Position numbers and translations under genes: made by a program. From a virus (lineage: Duplodnaviria > Caudoviricetes), in IMG/VR virus record IMGVR_UViG_3300020045_000442, positions 1-38,274 of that record: a DNA stretch of 38,274 nucleotides. One strand, given 5' to 3'. The notes below the pieces were generated by a model. The model saw only the letters and a program-made list of their open reading frames with translations. It had not been told where the DNA came from and searched no databases. Positions 1-8,313 of the stretch are shown here, one piece after another. Numbering within the stretch: the first letter of the stretch is position 1; each line of letters begins with the position of its first letter.

Positions 1-75
1 ATAATGATAGTCATTAGTTGTTACAGTCTGAACTGTTTTACAAAGACGACAAGTAACTTCAATTGTTTCACACAT
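1..75 (-). CDS. Small hypothetical protein, N-terminal part only (MCETIEVTCRLCKTVQ...), runs off the window
   Basis: Translated by hand; ATG at 75 preceded by AGGAG; CxxC motif; sits directly downstream of a repeated promoter-like unit. Confidence 0.7.
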   Translation of the reverse strand, partial: MCETIEVTCRLCKTVQTVTTNDYHY

Positions 76-96
76 TTCGTTCTCCTGATCAGGGAA

Positions 97-126
97 TAGA
101 CAATATTGTCTACTACATTAAATGCT
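97..126 (-). promoter_or_regulatory. Repeated phage-RNAP promoter-like unit, copy 1
   Basis: - strand AGCATTTAATGTAG followed by the 16-bp palindrome TAGACAATATTGTCTA; recurs at 441-471 and 887-920, always upstream of an RBS+ATG. Confidence 0.75.
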
Positions 127-134
127 TTAATATG

Positions 135-163
135 AAAAACATAAGCTACTCCGAAGAGTAGCT
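135..163 (-). terminator. Intrinsic terminator with C(UUCG)G loop
   Basis: - strand AGCTACTC-TTCG-GAGTAGCT (163-144) followed by TATGTTTTT, just after the stop at 170. Confidence 0.85.
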
Positions 164-169
164 CATTGT

Positions 170-304
170 TTATTCAAGTTCGATGGTTTGTTCTTGATAA
201 CATTCATCACATATAAGATCTTCTGGATCTATACACTGATAAATGTCTTCAGTTAAACTAAATTCACTACGTTCTTTGTCACATTTACATTCATAACAAA
301 TCAT
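170..304 (-). CDS. 44-aa putative zinc-binding protein (CxxC...CxxC)
   Basis: Translated by hand: MICYECKCDKERSEFSLTEDIYQCIDPEDLICDECYQEQTIELE; AGGTG RBS; ends just before a terminator. Confidence 0.75.
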   Translation of the reverse strand: MICYECKCDKERSEFSLTEDIYQCIDPEDLICDECYQEQTIELE

Positions 305-311
305 AATACAC

Positions 312-419
312 CTACCAAGCTAGTATATAGCCAATGTTATTAGATACGAAGTTTATAGCTTCACCATATACATCAAAGGAAGTAACCATTCCTGATGCTA
401 ATTCAATTACTTTGTACAT
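312..419 (-). CDS. 35-aa hypothetical protein
   Basis: Translated by hand: MYKVIELASGMVTSFDVYGEAINFVSNNIGYILAW; AGGTGA RBS; fills the space between promoter unit 2 and the next ORF. Confidence 0.7.
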   Translation of the reverse strand: MYKVIELASGMVTSFDVYGEAINFVSNNIGYILAW

Positions 420-440
420 TGTATTCACCTTTTGCAAAAG

Positions 441-471
441 ATAGACAATATTGTCTATTACATTAAATGCT
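441..471 (-). promoter_or_regulatory. Repeated phage-RNAP promoter-like unit, copy 2
   Basis: AGCATTTAATGTA followed by the 18-bp palindrome ATAGACAATATTGTCTAT; nearly identical to copy 1. Confidence 0.75.
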
Positions 472-479
472 CTTTACTT

Positions 480-511
480 AAAAACTAAAGACCCATACCG
501 AAGTATGAGTC
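480..511 (-). terminator. Intrinsic terminator with C(UUCG)G loop
   Basis: - strand GACTCATAC-TTCG-GTATGGGTC (one U-G pair that only works on this strand) followed by TTTAGTTTTT, after the stop at 519. Confidence 0.85.
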
Positions 512-518
512 AATAAGC

Positions 519-842
519 TTAAGCTTTAAGCAAGTCTTGTAATTCTTTCAACAACAGCTTACCCACATCTGATACTGGTTCACCATTAAGCGTTGCTTCC
601 ATGAACGGAATACAAGCACCTAGCTTTTCAGCTAATTCAAACTGATAATCTTCAACAGCCTTGAATTGAGCATCGTAGATACGTTGCATGGTATCTGAAG
701 CTTTACGAGGTCTTGATGCTAAGTTAGCACCAATGTGAATGATGTCAGCTACCACTTGTACCAACTCACCTGATGCAGTTACAACGTTAGAAACTGTAAC
801 AACTGTTAATGAGCCAAGTGCTTTAAGTTCGGTAATGTTCAT
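519..842 (-). CDS. Hypothetical early/middle protein (107 aa)
   Basis: ORF with GGAG RBS, flanked by promoter unit 3 and a UUCG terminator; no recognisable motif. Confidence 0.85.
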   Translation of the reverse strand: MNITELKALGSLTVVTVSNVVTASGELVQVVADIIHIGANLASRPRKASDTMQRIYDAQFKAVEDYQFELAEKLGACIPFMEATLNGEPVSDVGKLLLKELQDLLKA

Positions 843-886
843 TGTAGATCTCCAATTGGATTACATCATGTTCATGACACATGATG

Positions 887-920
887 AGATACATGAATTG
901 TATCTACTACATTAAATGCT
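887..920 (-). promoter_or_regulatory. Repeated phage-RNAP promoter-like unit, copy 3
   Basis: Same AGCATTTAATGTAGTAGA core, followed by a hairpin of different sequence (AGATACA-5 nt-TGTATCT). Confidence 0.7.
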
Positions 921-1144
921 CTTCATATATAGCTCTATATGCTACGAGGATGACGTATACTGAACGATAAGAGTTAAGCAATGCAATCGTATAGGATATG
1001 ACTAATGGTGGGGTGTATTCTCAAATACATGATTAAGACTTTAGTACGGGGGGTATATTTGACTTGTGACTAAACTGAGGTAGTGTAATAGACTCATACA
1101 TAATTTATAAAATTCTGAAAAAGTTTTTGTTTTTCAAAAAATAA

Positions 1145-1174
1145 TGGACTATCTCTTCTATTTAGATCTATACT
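1145..1174 (+). promoter_or_regulatory. Possible sigma70-type late promoter
   Basis: TGGACT-18 nt-TATACT with A/T tracts upstream, 30 nt before the endolysin start; N4 late genes use host RNAP. Weak evidence in AT-rich DNA. Confidence 0.4.
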
Positions 1175-1204
1175 ATATCTACACTAAACAGTAAGAGAAT
1201 AAAA

Positions 1205-1642
1205 ATGATAAATAAAAAAACAATTGAATTAATTAAACACTTTGAAGGTATTAGACTTAAACCCTATTTATGTTCAGCAGGTGTACCTACTATTGGTATT
1301 GGTTCAACTATGTATACAGATGGTACTAAAGTTAAACTTAGTGATAAACCAATAACAGAACAGGAAGCATTAGACTTATTTAAATTAACTTTAATTAAAT
1401 ATGAAGATGCTGTAACTGCTTTTGTTAGAAGTAAACTAACTGAGAATCAAAGAGGAGCATTAGTTAGTTTTGTTTATAATGTTGGTATTGGTGCATTTAA
1501 AGCATCTACTTTATTGAGAAAGATTAATGATGGTGACTTTAATGTAGATATGGAGTTTGCTAAATGGAATAAAGTAAATCATGTAGCTTCAAAAGGATTA
1601 ACTCGTAGAAGACAAGCAGAGTGGGAATTGTTTAAATCATGA
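1205..1642 (+). CDS. Endolysin, phage lysozyme (GH24)
   Basis: FEGIRLKPYLCSAGVPTIGIG (E-x8-C-x5-T), ALVSFVYNVGIGAF, STLLRKIN, GLTRRRQAE motifs. Confidence 0.95.
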   Translation: MINKKTIELIKHFEGIRLKPYLCSAGVPTIGIGSTMYTDGTKVKLSDKPITEQEALDLFKLTLIKYEDAVTAFVRSKLTENQRGALVSFVYNVGIGAFKASTLLRKINDGDFNVDMEFAKWNKVNHVASKGLTRRRQAEWELFKS

Positions 1643-1851
1643 AAATTACACTAGAGTTTGAACATCCACATGAGTTAATAGACTTACTTAAAGCACTTGG
1701 TTCAAGTCTTAAAGAAGATACACCATGTACAGGAGTAGAATTTAAAGATACTTGTTCTTTTGCAGGTACAAAACATGATTTATGTGATTCACCTAATTGT
1801 GAAAATGATAAAAATGATTTGGGTTTAAAAGGATATTCTTATGACGACTAA
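1639..1851 (+). CDS. Hypothetical protein (70 aa, four Cys)
   Basis: ATGA overlap with endolysin stop; no family recognised. Confidence 0.75.
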   Translation: MKITLEFEHPHELIDLLKALGSSLKEDTPCTGVEFKDTCSFAGTKHDLCDSPNCENDKNDLGLKGYSYDD

Positions 1852-2014
1852 TAAAGCTATTACTATTTGTAGTAATCACCTTCATTGGAGTAAGACAGGT
1901 AATCATATTAAATATGAAGAATTGAATACTCCTTTGTTTCAGTTAGCTTTACAACATTTAATTACCTTGGCTCAAGAAGTTGAGAAAGAAGGTAATGGAT
2001 TAGGTGATAAGTAA
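1841..2014 (+). CDS. Hypothetical protein (57 aa)
   Basis: Translated by hand (MTTNKAITICSNHLHW...GLGDK); AGGA RBS; TAATG-coupled to the next ORF. Confidence 0.7.
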   Translation: MTTNKAITICSNHLHWSKTGNHIKYEELNTPLFQLALQHLITLAQEVEKEGNGLGDK

Positions 2015-2118
2015 TGTTTGATTTAATGTCTTTTATTGTAGGTTGCTTTACAGGTATTCTTGTAATATGTGGTATTGTAGTTTATTTTATTTTTAAAGAT
2101 AGTTGTTGGATAAAATAA
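2014..2118 (+). CDS. 34-aa single-pass membrane peptide
   Basis: MFDLMSFIVGCFTGILVICGIVVYFIFKDSCWIK; AGGTG RBS; TAATG coupling at both ends. Confidence 0.65.
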   Translation: MFDLMSFIVGCFTGILVICGIVVYFIFKDSCWIK

Positions 2119-2234
2119 TGTGTAAACATATTTGGTTTAGAACGAATCAAACTAAAAGAGAATGTAATAAATGTTCTTGTACAGAATTCTTATTACTTTA
2201 CACTGATCGCTTTTACTGGACGAAGTCCAGATAA
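2118..2234 (+). CDS. 38-aa zinc-ribbon-like peptide (CxH...CxxC)
   Basis: MCKHIWFRTNQTKRECNKCSCTE...; TAATG-coupled start. Confidence 0.6.
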   Translation: MCKHIWFRTNQTKRECNKCSCTEFLLLYTDRFYWTKSR

Positions 2235-2243
2235 GGAATATGT

Positions 2244-2432
2244 ATGAATAAAATACCTGATGTAAATAAACCTATATTAGCTAAGATACAAGAAGTAAAT
2301 TCTTTAGGAATTTCTTATTGGTTTGAGGTTATTTATTTCTTGGATAATGTATGGCATAGGTGGGGAAGTAAAGAATATTTTACTAATGGAGAACAAGTTG
2401 TTGATTGGAAATACTGTAGTCAAATATTATGA
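2244..2432 (+). CDS. Hypothetical protein, DUF551-like (62 aa)
   Basis: AAGGA RBS; IPDVNKPILA...W...VVDW pattern resembles DUF551-type phage proteins. Confidence 0.6.
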   Translation: MNKIPDVNKPILAKIQEVNSLGISYWFEVIYFLDNVWHRWGSKEYFTNGEQVVDWKYCSQIL

Positions 2433-3124
2433 GTAATGAAATAACATTAGAACAGTTTAGAGATGTATTACCTAAGAATACTAGAAGCAGTCTTACTCAA
2501 GAGATTATAGATGATATTAATTCTAATATTACTGATCCTATTTTAGGAAAGGTATATAGAGATAATTTACTTAGCTATACTTCTGTAATGAATGAAGGTA
2601 GATTTAAGACTACTGATTACATTAATGCTGTTAGGTATGTTAGTAATAGGATGATGAGTGATAGTAATGTATCTGCTTATTTAAAAACATTCCCTGATAA
2701 GCATCAATGGTTTATTGAAGAGAATACTTCTGCTAAAGATATTAGTAGTTATGTTGCTATGTTTGTTAAGGGTAAGTTAGTACAGGCTATTATGGCTCAA
2801 ACTCTTACACCTTTTCATATAGTTAACCAGGAGTATCATCAGAAAGCATTGAATGTTTTAGTTGATTTAATGTTTACTGCTAAGTCTGAGAAAGTTAGGA
2901 GTGATTCAGCTCATGCTGTTATGAATCATCTTAAACCACCAGAAGATCATAAAATAGAAATTAATGTTGGTTTAAAAGAAGATAGTAAATTACAAGAAAT
3001 AAAGCAATATATGTTAGAGTTAGCTGCAATACAACATAGAAATATAGAATTAGGAATTACATCTGCTAAAGAAGTTGCACATAGTACACTATCTATTATT
3101 GAAGGAGAGTTTACAGATGTTTAA
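2429..3124 (+). CDS. N4 gp69-like protein, putative terminase small subunit
   Basis: YRDNLLSYTSVM.EGRFK..DYINAV.YVS, AKSEKVRSDSA..VM.HLKPPE are characteristic of the N4-like gene upstream of TerL; size fits. Confidence 0.85.
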   Translation: MSNEITLEQFRDVLPKNTRSSLTQEIIDDINSNITDPILGKVYRDNLLSYTSVMNEGRFKTTDYINAVRYVSNRMMSDSNVSAYLKTFPDKHQWFIEENTSAKDISSYVAMFVKGKLVQAIMAQTLTPFHIVNQEYHQKALNVLVDLMFTAKSEKVRSDSAHAVMNHLKPPEDHKIEINVGLKEDSKLQEIKQYMLELAAIQHRNIELGITSAKEVAHSTLSIIEGEFTDV

Positions 3125-3163
3125 TAGTATGTTAGTCTGTTTTCATTTTCGTAAGGAATTCTA

Positions 3164-3793
3164 ATGGGTATAAAGACTGCTCCAGATTCTATAGTAGCTG
3201 CAATAAAACAAATAACAGCTAATCCTTTACCTGTAAGTATTAGTGGTTCAGTTAATTTAAGTCCAAGTACATTAGCTACAAGTCAAGCTAGTTATATAGT
3301 TATTACTTCAGGTGCTGGATATTCTATTGGTGATCATGTTACTGCTACTATGTGGTGGAATGTAGCTAATATTACTAATCCAGCTTTTCTAATTGCAGCA
3401 TATTATAACTGGGATACTGGTTTAGAAATTAGTCCTAATATTGCTCACTTAAGTCAAGTACAAGAAGATAGTTTAACAAATACACAATTAATTGCAGCTA
3501 CCCTAACAACTAAAAGTTTACCTCTAATAAGCGACACACCATCGTCAGTAGCAAGCTCTGCAACTTCAGTTATGTTAATTTCCGCTAACACTAATCGAAG
3601 AAGTCTAACGATTTACAATAATAGCACAGCAATTCTTTATGTTTGTTTTGGTGAAACTGCCACACAAGCAGGGGCAAAAGTACCAATTAGTGCAGGCGGT
3701 TTTTATGAAATGCCTTTCCCCGTCTATGTTGGCGTTATATCTGGCATCTGGGAAAGTGCGAACGGTAATGCTTCAATTTATGAAGGAGTATAG
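3164..3793 (+). CDS. Putative virion/tail-associated protein
   Basis: S/T/A-rich beta-type sequence; C-terminal ANTNRRSLTIYNNS..LYV.FG...GGFYE module common in phage structural proteins. Confidence 0.6.
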   Translation: MGIKTAPDSIVAAIKQITANPLPVSISGSVNLSPSTLATSQASYIVITSGAGYSIGDHVTATMWWNVANITNPAFLIAAYYNWDTGLEISPNIAHLSQVQEDSLTNTQLIAATLTTKSLPLISDTPSSVASSATSVMLISANTNRRSLTIYNNSTAILYVCFGETATQAGAKVPISAGGFYEMPFPVYVGVISGIWESANGNASIYEGV

Positions 3794-3795
3794 TC

Positions 3796-4224
3796 ATGCC
3801 TGTAACTAATCCTTCGCAATTAACATTCTCATCATCTGCTGAAAACATCGCTGGGACAATTGAGAACAAATCTGTTGACCCATTGGGATTGCGTGAAGCA
3901 CTTAACTCAACTGGGACTGCTCCTATATATGCGTGTCGCGCTTGGGTGAATTTCAATGGCACTGGTACGGTTGCTATTAGAGCTAGCGGCAATGTTAGTT
4001 CTATTACTGACAATGGCGTGGGTATGTTTACGATTAACTTTGCAAATGCTATGCCAGATGCTAATTATGTAATTTCTGGGAGTGTTGGCGGCGTTACTGG
4101 AGATGGAACATGGAGAACGTATGAAGATATCTCAGCAAGAACAGTAAGCTCTATAAAAATTGCAACTGCATATTTAAGCACACTAACAGATTATCCGCAA
4201 TGTAATTTTGCAATTCATAGATAA
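3796..4224 (+). CDS. Short tail-fibre-like protein (C-terminal tip domain)
   Basis: CRAWVNFNGTGTVAIRASGNVSSITDNGVG.FTINF..AMPDANY is a typical phage fibre C-terminal motif. Confidence 0.8.
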   Translation: MPVTNPSQLTFSSSAENIAGTIENKSVDPLGLREALNSTGTAPIYACRAWVNFNGTGTVAIRASGNVSSITDNGVGMFTINFANAMPDANYVISGSVGGVTGDGTWRTYEDISARTVSSIKIATAYLSTLTDYPQCNFAIHR

Positions 4225-4240
4225 TAAGTAAGGTAGGGAA

Positions 4241-4651
4241 ATGAATAAAATAATTTTTAGAAATGACGATGGCTCAGTTAGTGTCATTACGCCTGCTTTA
4301 GATTGCGACTTAACATTTGATGAAGTGCTTGCTAAAGATGTGCCGATGAATGCGGTTTATCAAGTAATTAATACGGATGAACTACCCATTGATAGATTAT
4401 TCAGAAATGCGTGGGAATTGTCAGGCAATGTGGTCACTGAAAATCTTGGTAAATCTAAAGTGATTGCACATGAAAAGTGTCAGGTGATGCGTAATGCAGA
4501 AATGAAGCCGCTGGACTTGCTGGCAACCATACCCGCACAAGCTGCTAAAGCCGAAAAAGACAGGCAGGTTATTAGAGATAAATACGCAGTGATGCAGCAA
4601 AATATAGACAATTGCGTTAATGTTGTTGATTTGCGAAAAACCATTACCTAG
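4241..4651 (+). CDS. Putative tail fibre assembly chaperone
   Basis: KIIF.N.DG.VSVI.PA, KDVP, LP.DR.FRNAW, RQ.IRD motifs of proteins that follow such fibre genes. Confidence 0.7.
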   Translation: MNKIIFRNDDGSVSVITPALDCDLTFDEVLAKDVPMNAVYQVINTDELPIDRLFRNAWELSGNVVTENLGKSKVIAHEKCQVMRNAEMKPLDLLATIPAQAAKAEKDRQVIRDKYAVMQQNIDNCVNVVDLRKTIT

Positions 4652-4734
4652 AATTTAGCAGCAGTACATAAACCCGTTAAGTCTTATGATTTAAGGTTTA
4701 GTAAATACTAATTATAATAACTATAATACTTATT

Positions 4735-5085
4735 ATGACTGATCCAACAACAATGATTACAGAAGCAAAAGATGGGTATCAATTAGCTTTAGCTATGTTA
4801 GCTATATCTGGTTTAGCTATATCTTGGTTTACTATAAAATATTTTGAGGTAACAAAAGCTCAAGATATAAGAGATACACAAAACTTAGAAAGATTAGAGT
4901 TAGTAGCTAAAACTCATACAGAACAAATTGAGAGAATCCATTTAGAACATAGTAATAGAATAGAAAGATTAATTGAATCTCATAGATTAGAAGTTTCTAC
5001 TACTCTCGATAAATTAACTACTACTCTTCATGAATTACAAGTAGCTATAGAAAAACGTACTATTCATTTACATAATGAATCTTAA
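4735..5085 (+). CDS. Membrane-anchored coiled-coil protein, holin-like candidate
   Basis: One hydrophobic segment (LALAMLAISGLAISWFTI) followed by a heptad-like helical tail; function inferred only. Confidence 0.5.
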   Translation: MTDPTTMITEAKDGYQLALAMLAISGLAISWFTIKYFEVTKAQDIRDTQNLERLELVAKTHTEQIERIHLEHSNRIERLIESHRLEVSTTLDKLTTTLHELQVAIEKRTIHLHNES

Positions 5086-7675
5086 AACAGTTGTAGAACA
5101 TTTAAACAATATCTCGTATAAAGAGGATACACAATATGTACCTTCTTTATTTGCACTTGAGTTTATTAATTTTATTAAACTCGTTAATGGTGAAACAGGA
5201 GAAGAACACAAAACTCCTGTAATTCATTTTAAAATGTTAGATACAATACAAGGTAAAGAAACAGATATTATTAATATGTTATTTAGAGGAAGTGCTAAGA
5301 CTACTTTAATGGCTGAGTATCTTATTCTTTACATTGGCACTTATGGTTCAATACCTAACTTTGGTAAAGTACCGCTAGGTCTTTATGTTTCTGATTCCAT
5401 TGAAAATGGTGTTAAAAACATGAGAAAGAACTTAGAGTATAGATGGCAAAATAGTTCTTTCTTACAAGAGTATATACCTTCTACAAGGTTTACAGATGTA
5501 AGGTGGGAGTTTATTAATGCTGATGGAGTAATGGCTGTATTCAAGGGGTACGGTGCAAAAGCTTTAAGCTTAGATAGTAAATTGTTTACTAATAGTGGAT
5601 TTACAACCATAGGTAAATGTTCTATTGGAGATAAAATATTTGCTGCTGACGGTACAGAATGTATTATTACGGATAAAAGCGAAGTCTTTAATAAGCCAAT
5701 GTATAAAATAGGTTTAGAAGATGGTAGGTCTATAAAAGTATCCGAAGATCATTTAAATTCTGTAGTTATAAAGGAAAATCCAAATAACAAAGCTATATAC
5801 ACCAATGCAGTATTATCGACTTTAGAGCTTATAAAATTACCTTTACAGCATACTCGTACAAGAACTAGAACTAATAAAGAATCTTATGTATCTAAAGAAA
5901 GTTTAATATTTGTTCGTAATTGTGAGCCTATTCAATTCTCAGAAAAGGAATTACCACTAGATCCATATATGCTTGGATTGTTGTTAGGTGATGGTTCATT
6001 AAAGAAAGATGGATCTTGTGTACTTACAGGATTAAAAGAGGATATAGATTTCTATTCACAATACATACCATATACACTTGGTTCGCAGTATTTAGATAAA
6101 AGAACTGAATCAGTAATTACTATTAGTGTTAAAGGTATATCTCAAATAATTAGAGATTTAAAAGTAAACTGTCATGGAAATATTAAATTCATTCCTGAAC
6201 AATACTTGTTTTCTTCGATAGAGCAACGTATAGAACTACTTAGAGGTTTATTAGATACTGATGGTTCGATTCAAAAGAATGGTAGGATAGATTTTTGTTC
6301 TAATTCAGAAAAATTAGTAGATGATGTATCTTCTTTAATTAGGAGTTTAGGTGGTACTACTAAGAAAAGAATTATAGGCAATGCTTTTAGAATTGAAATT
6401 TGGATTTCTATGGTAGTATTCAAATTACCTAGAAAAGTAAAAAGAATTGTGCTTACTAAAAATAAACTTATTGTTGCTGTAAAGTATATTAAAAAAATTG
6501 AAGATGAGCCAAGTCAATGTATTGCTATAAATAGTGTTGAGCATGAATTCATCACAGAAAGTTACTTTAGAACACATAATACGGGAGTAAGAGGAGCTAA
6601 GGAAATGGGACAAAGACCATACTTAGCAATCTTAGATGACTTGGTTTCAGATGAAGATGCTAGGTCAGTAACAGTTATTGCAAGTATTGAAGATACTGTA
6701 TATAAAGCTATTGATTATGCTTTACATCCAACACGAAGAAAAGTAGTTTGGAATGGTACACCATTTAATTCAAAAGATCCTTTATATAAAGCAGTAGAAT
6801 CTGGTGCATGGAAAGTAAATGTATTTCCTGTATGTGAACAATTTCCCTGTACTAAAGAAGAATTTAATGGTGCATGGGAAGATAGGTTTACCTATGAATA
6901 TGTGCAGGAGAAATACACTAAAGCACTTAAAGCAGGTAAAATAGATACATTTAACCAAGAATTAATGCTTAGAATTATGAGTGATGAAGATAGGCTTATT
7001 ACTGATTCAGATATTAGATGGTTTAAAAGAGAATCTGTATTGAAAAATAAGGGGATATTCAATTTTTATATTACAACAGATTTCGCAACTTCTGAAAAAA
7101 CTTCTGCTGATTACAGTGTTATCTCTGTATGGGCTTATAATGCTAATGGTGATTGGTTTTGGATTGATGGAATTTGTAAAAAACAATTAATGGATAAAAA
7201 TATTGATGACTTGTTTCGTTTAGTACAAATGTATAAACCACAACAAGTAGGAATAGAAGTTACAGGGCAACAAGGAGGATTTATTCAATGGATTGAAGGA
7301 GAAATGATGACTAGAAATATTTGGTTTACTATTGCTAGTGATAACAATTCATCTAAACCTGGAATAAGACCTAACACTAATAAGATGCAAAGATTTAATA
7401 TTGTTGTTCCTTGGTTTAAAACACATAAGATTTACTTTCCAGAAGAGTTAAAATTAGAACCAACAATAGTAGAAATAATGGATGAATTACGTTTAGCAAG
7501 TGCTGGAGGTTTTAAGTCAAAACATGATGACGGACTCGACACAATTAGCATGCTTGGCTCACTTACTCCTTGGAAACCAAGTCAAGATATTCCTGTTAAA
7601 GATACTTCTCAAACTTCTATATGGGAACTTGACATACCAGAAGAAAGAAACTACATTAGCTCATATATTGTATAG
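5075..7675 (+). CDS. terL: Terminase large subunit (N4 gp68-like), intein-containing
   Basis: Walker A FRGSAKTT, Walker B ILDDL, GTPF, nuclease motifs TTDFA and HDDGLD; 526 aa after removing the intein. Confidence 0.95.
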   Translation: MNLKTVVEHLNNISYKEDTQYVPSLFALEFINFIKLVNGETGEEHKTPVIHFKMLDTIQGKETDIINMLFRGSAKTTLMAEYLILYIGTYGSIPNFGKVPLGLYVSDSIENGVKNMRKNLEYRWQNSSFLQEYIPSTRFTDVRWEFINADGVMAVFKGYGAKALSLDSKLFTNSGFTTIGKCSIGDKIFAADGTECIITDKSEVFNKPMYKIGLEDGRSIKVSEDHLNSVVIKENPNNKAIYTNAVLSTLELIKLPLQHTRTRTRTNKESYVSKESLIFVRNCEPIQFSEKELPLDPYMLGLLLGDGSLKKDGSCVLTGLKEDIDFYSQYIPYTLGSQYLDKRTESVITISVKGISQIIRDLKVNCHGNIKFIPEQYLFSSIEQRIELLRGLLDTDGSIQKNGRIDFCSNSEKLVDDVSSLIRSLGGTTKKRIIGNAFRIEIWISMVVFKLPRKVKRIVLTKNKLIVAVKYIKKIEDEPSQCIAINSVEHEFITESYFRTHNTGVRGAKEMGQRPYLAILDDLVSDEDARSVTVIASIEDTVYKAIDYALHPTRRKVVWNGTPFNSKDPLYKAVESGAWKVNVFPVCEQFPCTKEEFNGAWEDRFTYEYVQEKYTKALKAGKIDTFNQELMLRIMSDEDRLITDSDIRWFKRESVLKNKGIFNFYITTDFATSEKTSADYSVISVWAYNANGDWFWIDGICKKQLMDKNIDDLFRLVQMYKPQQVGIEVTGQQGGFIQWIEGEMMTRNIWFTIASDNNSSKPGIRPNTNKMQRFNIVVPWFKTHKIYFPEELKLEPTIVEIMDELRLASAGGFKSKHDDGLDTISMLGSLTPWKPSQDIPVKDTSQTSIWELDIPEERNYISSYIV
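5561..6580 (+). mobile_element. 340-aa intein with LAGLIDADG homing endonuclease (class 3-like, Ala1)
   Basis: Splits GYGAK|TGVRG; starts ALSLDSKLFT, block B SEDH, LAGLIDADG motifs LGLLLGDGS and LRGLLDTDGS, block F QCI, ends RTHN/T. Confidence 0.93.
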
Positions 7676-7683
7676 GACATTAA

Positions 7684-8313
7684 ATGAAAGCAAGTGACTT
7701 CATAACATTAGTTAAAGATGGTTCTTTACATCAAACAGCAGTAACTCAAGATAGTTTAATACAATTTATTAATCTTGGATTACAAGAAGTATATGAAAAG
7801 TTTAATTTAAAGAATAAGACTACAACTATTACTTTAACTTCTGCTACTTCATATACTCTACCAACAGACTTAACCAGTATCGATTCTATTCTATCTGCTG
7901 GACAGTATTATAGAAATGACTTAGGTACTATTGTTGTACTTAGTGAAGATTTTGAAGTAGGTATTAATGTTAGCTATGATAAATATAATAGTGTATTTAT
8001 TGATGATAATATTACTTTAAAAGTACCTAACCCAATTGTAGGACAAACACTTACTATTGATTATAGAGCTACACCATCAACAGTTACAGCTTTAACACTT
8101 ACAACAGAATTACCATTAGCAAACCAATACATCAATCCTTTGATGTTATATGTTACATACCTTGGTTTCTTACAGAATGGTGGAGCTAATGCAGTAGATG
8201 TTAAATCATCATTAGCTCTTTATGAAAAAGCTTGTGAATCAATTCTAATAACAGGTAACTACATTAATTCTTGTGGTTTAAACAATAAATTTTATGATAA
8301 AGGATTTGTATAA
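7684..8313 (+). CDS. Head-tail adaptor-like virion protein (N4 gp67 position)
   Basis: Directly after TerL; FINLGL..VY..F.LK, L..YV.Y, YE..C and terminal KF..KGFV pattern. Confidence 0.75.
   Translation: MKASDFITLVKDGSLHQTAVTQDSLIQFINLGLQEVYEKFNLKNKTTTITLTSATSYTLPTDLTSIDSILSAGQYYRNDLGTIVVLSEDFEVGINVSYDKYNSVFIDDNITLKVPNPIVGQTLTIDYRATPSTVTALTLTTELPLANQYINPLMLYVTYLGFLQNGGANAVDVKSSLALYEKACESILITGNYINSCGLNNKFYDKGFV

Noticed and set aside
144-511. CCGAAG hairpins as N4 vRNAP C-GAA-G promoters
   Set aside because: The stems only pair with a 4-nt loop; on the - strand they are C(UUCG)G hairpins with T tails and a strand-specific U-G pair, i.e. terminators.
97-920. Palindromic repeats as a CRISPR array
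   Set aside because: Spacing is about 345-450 nt, the intervals contain genes and terminators, and there are no cas genes.
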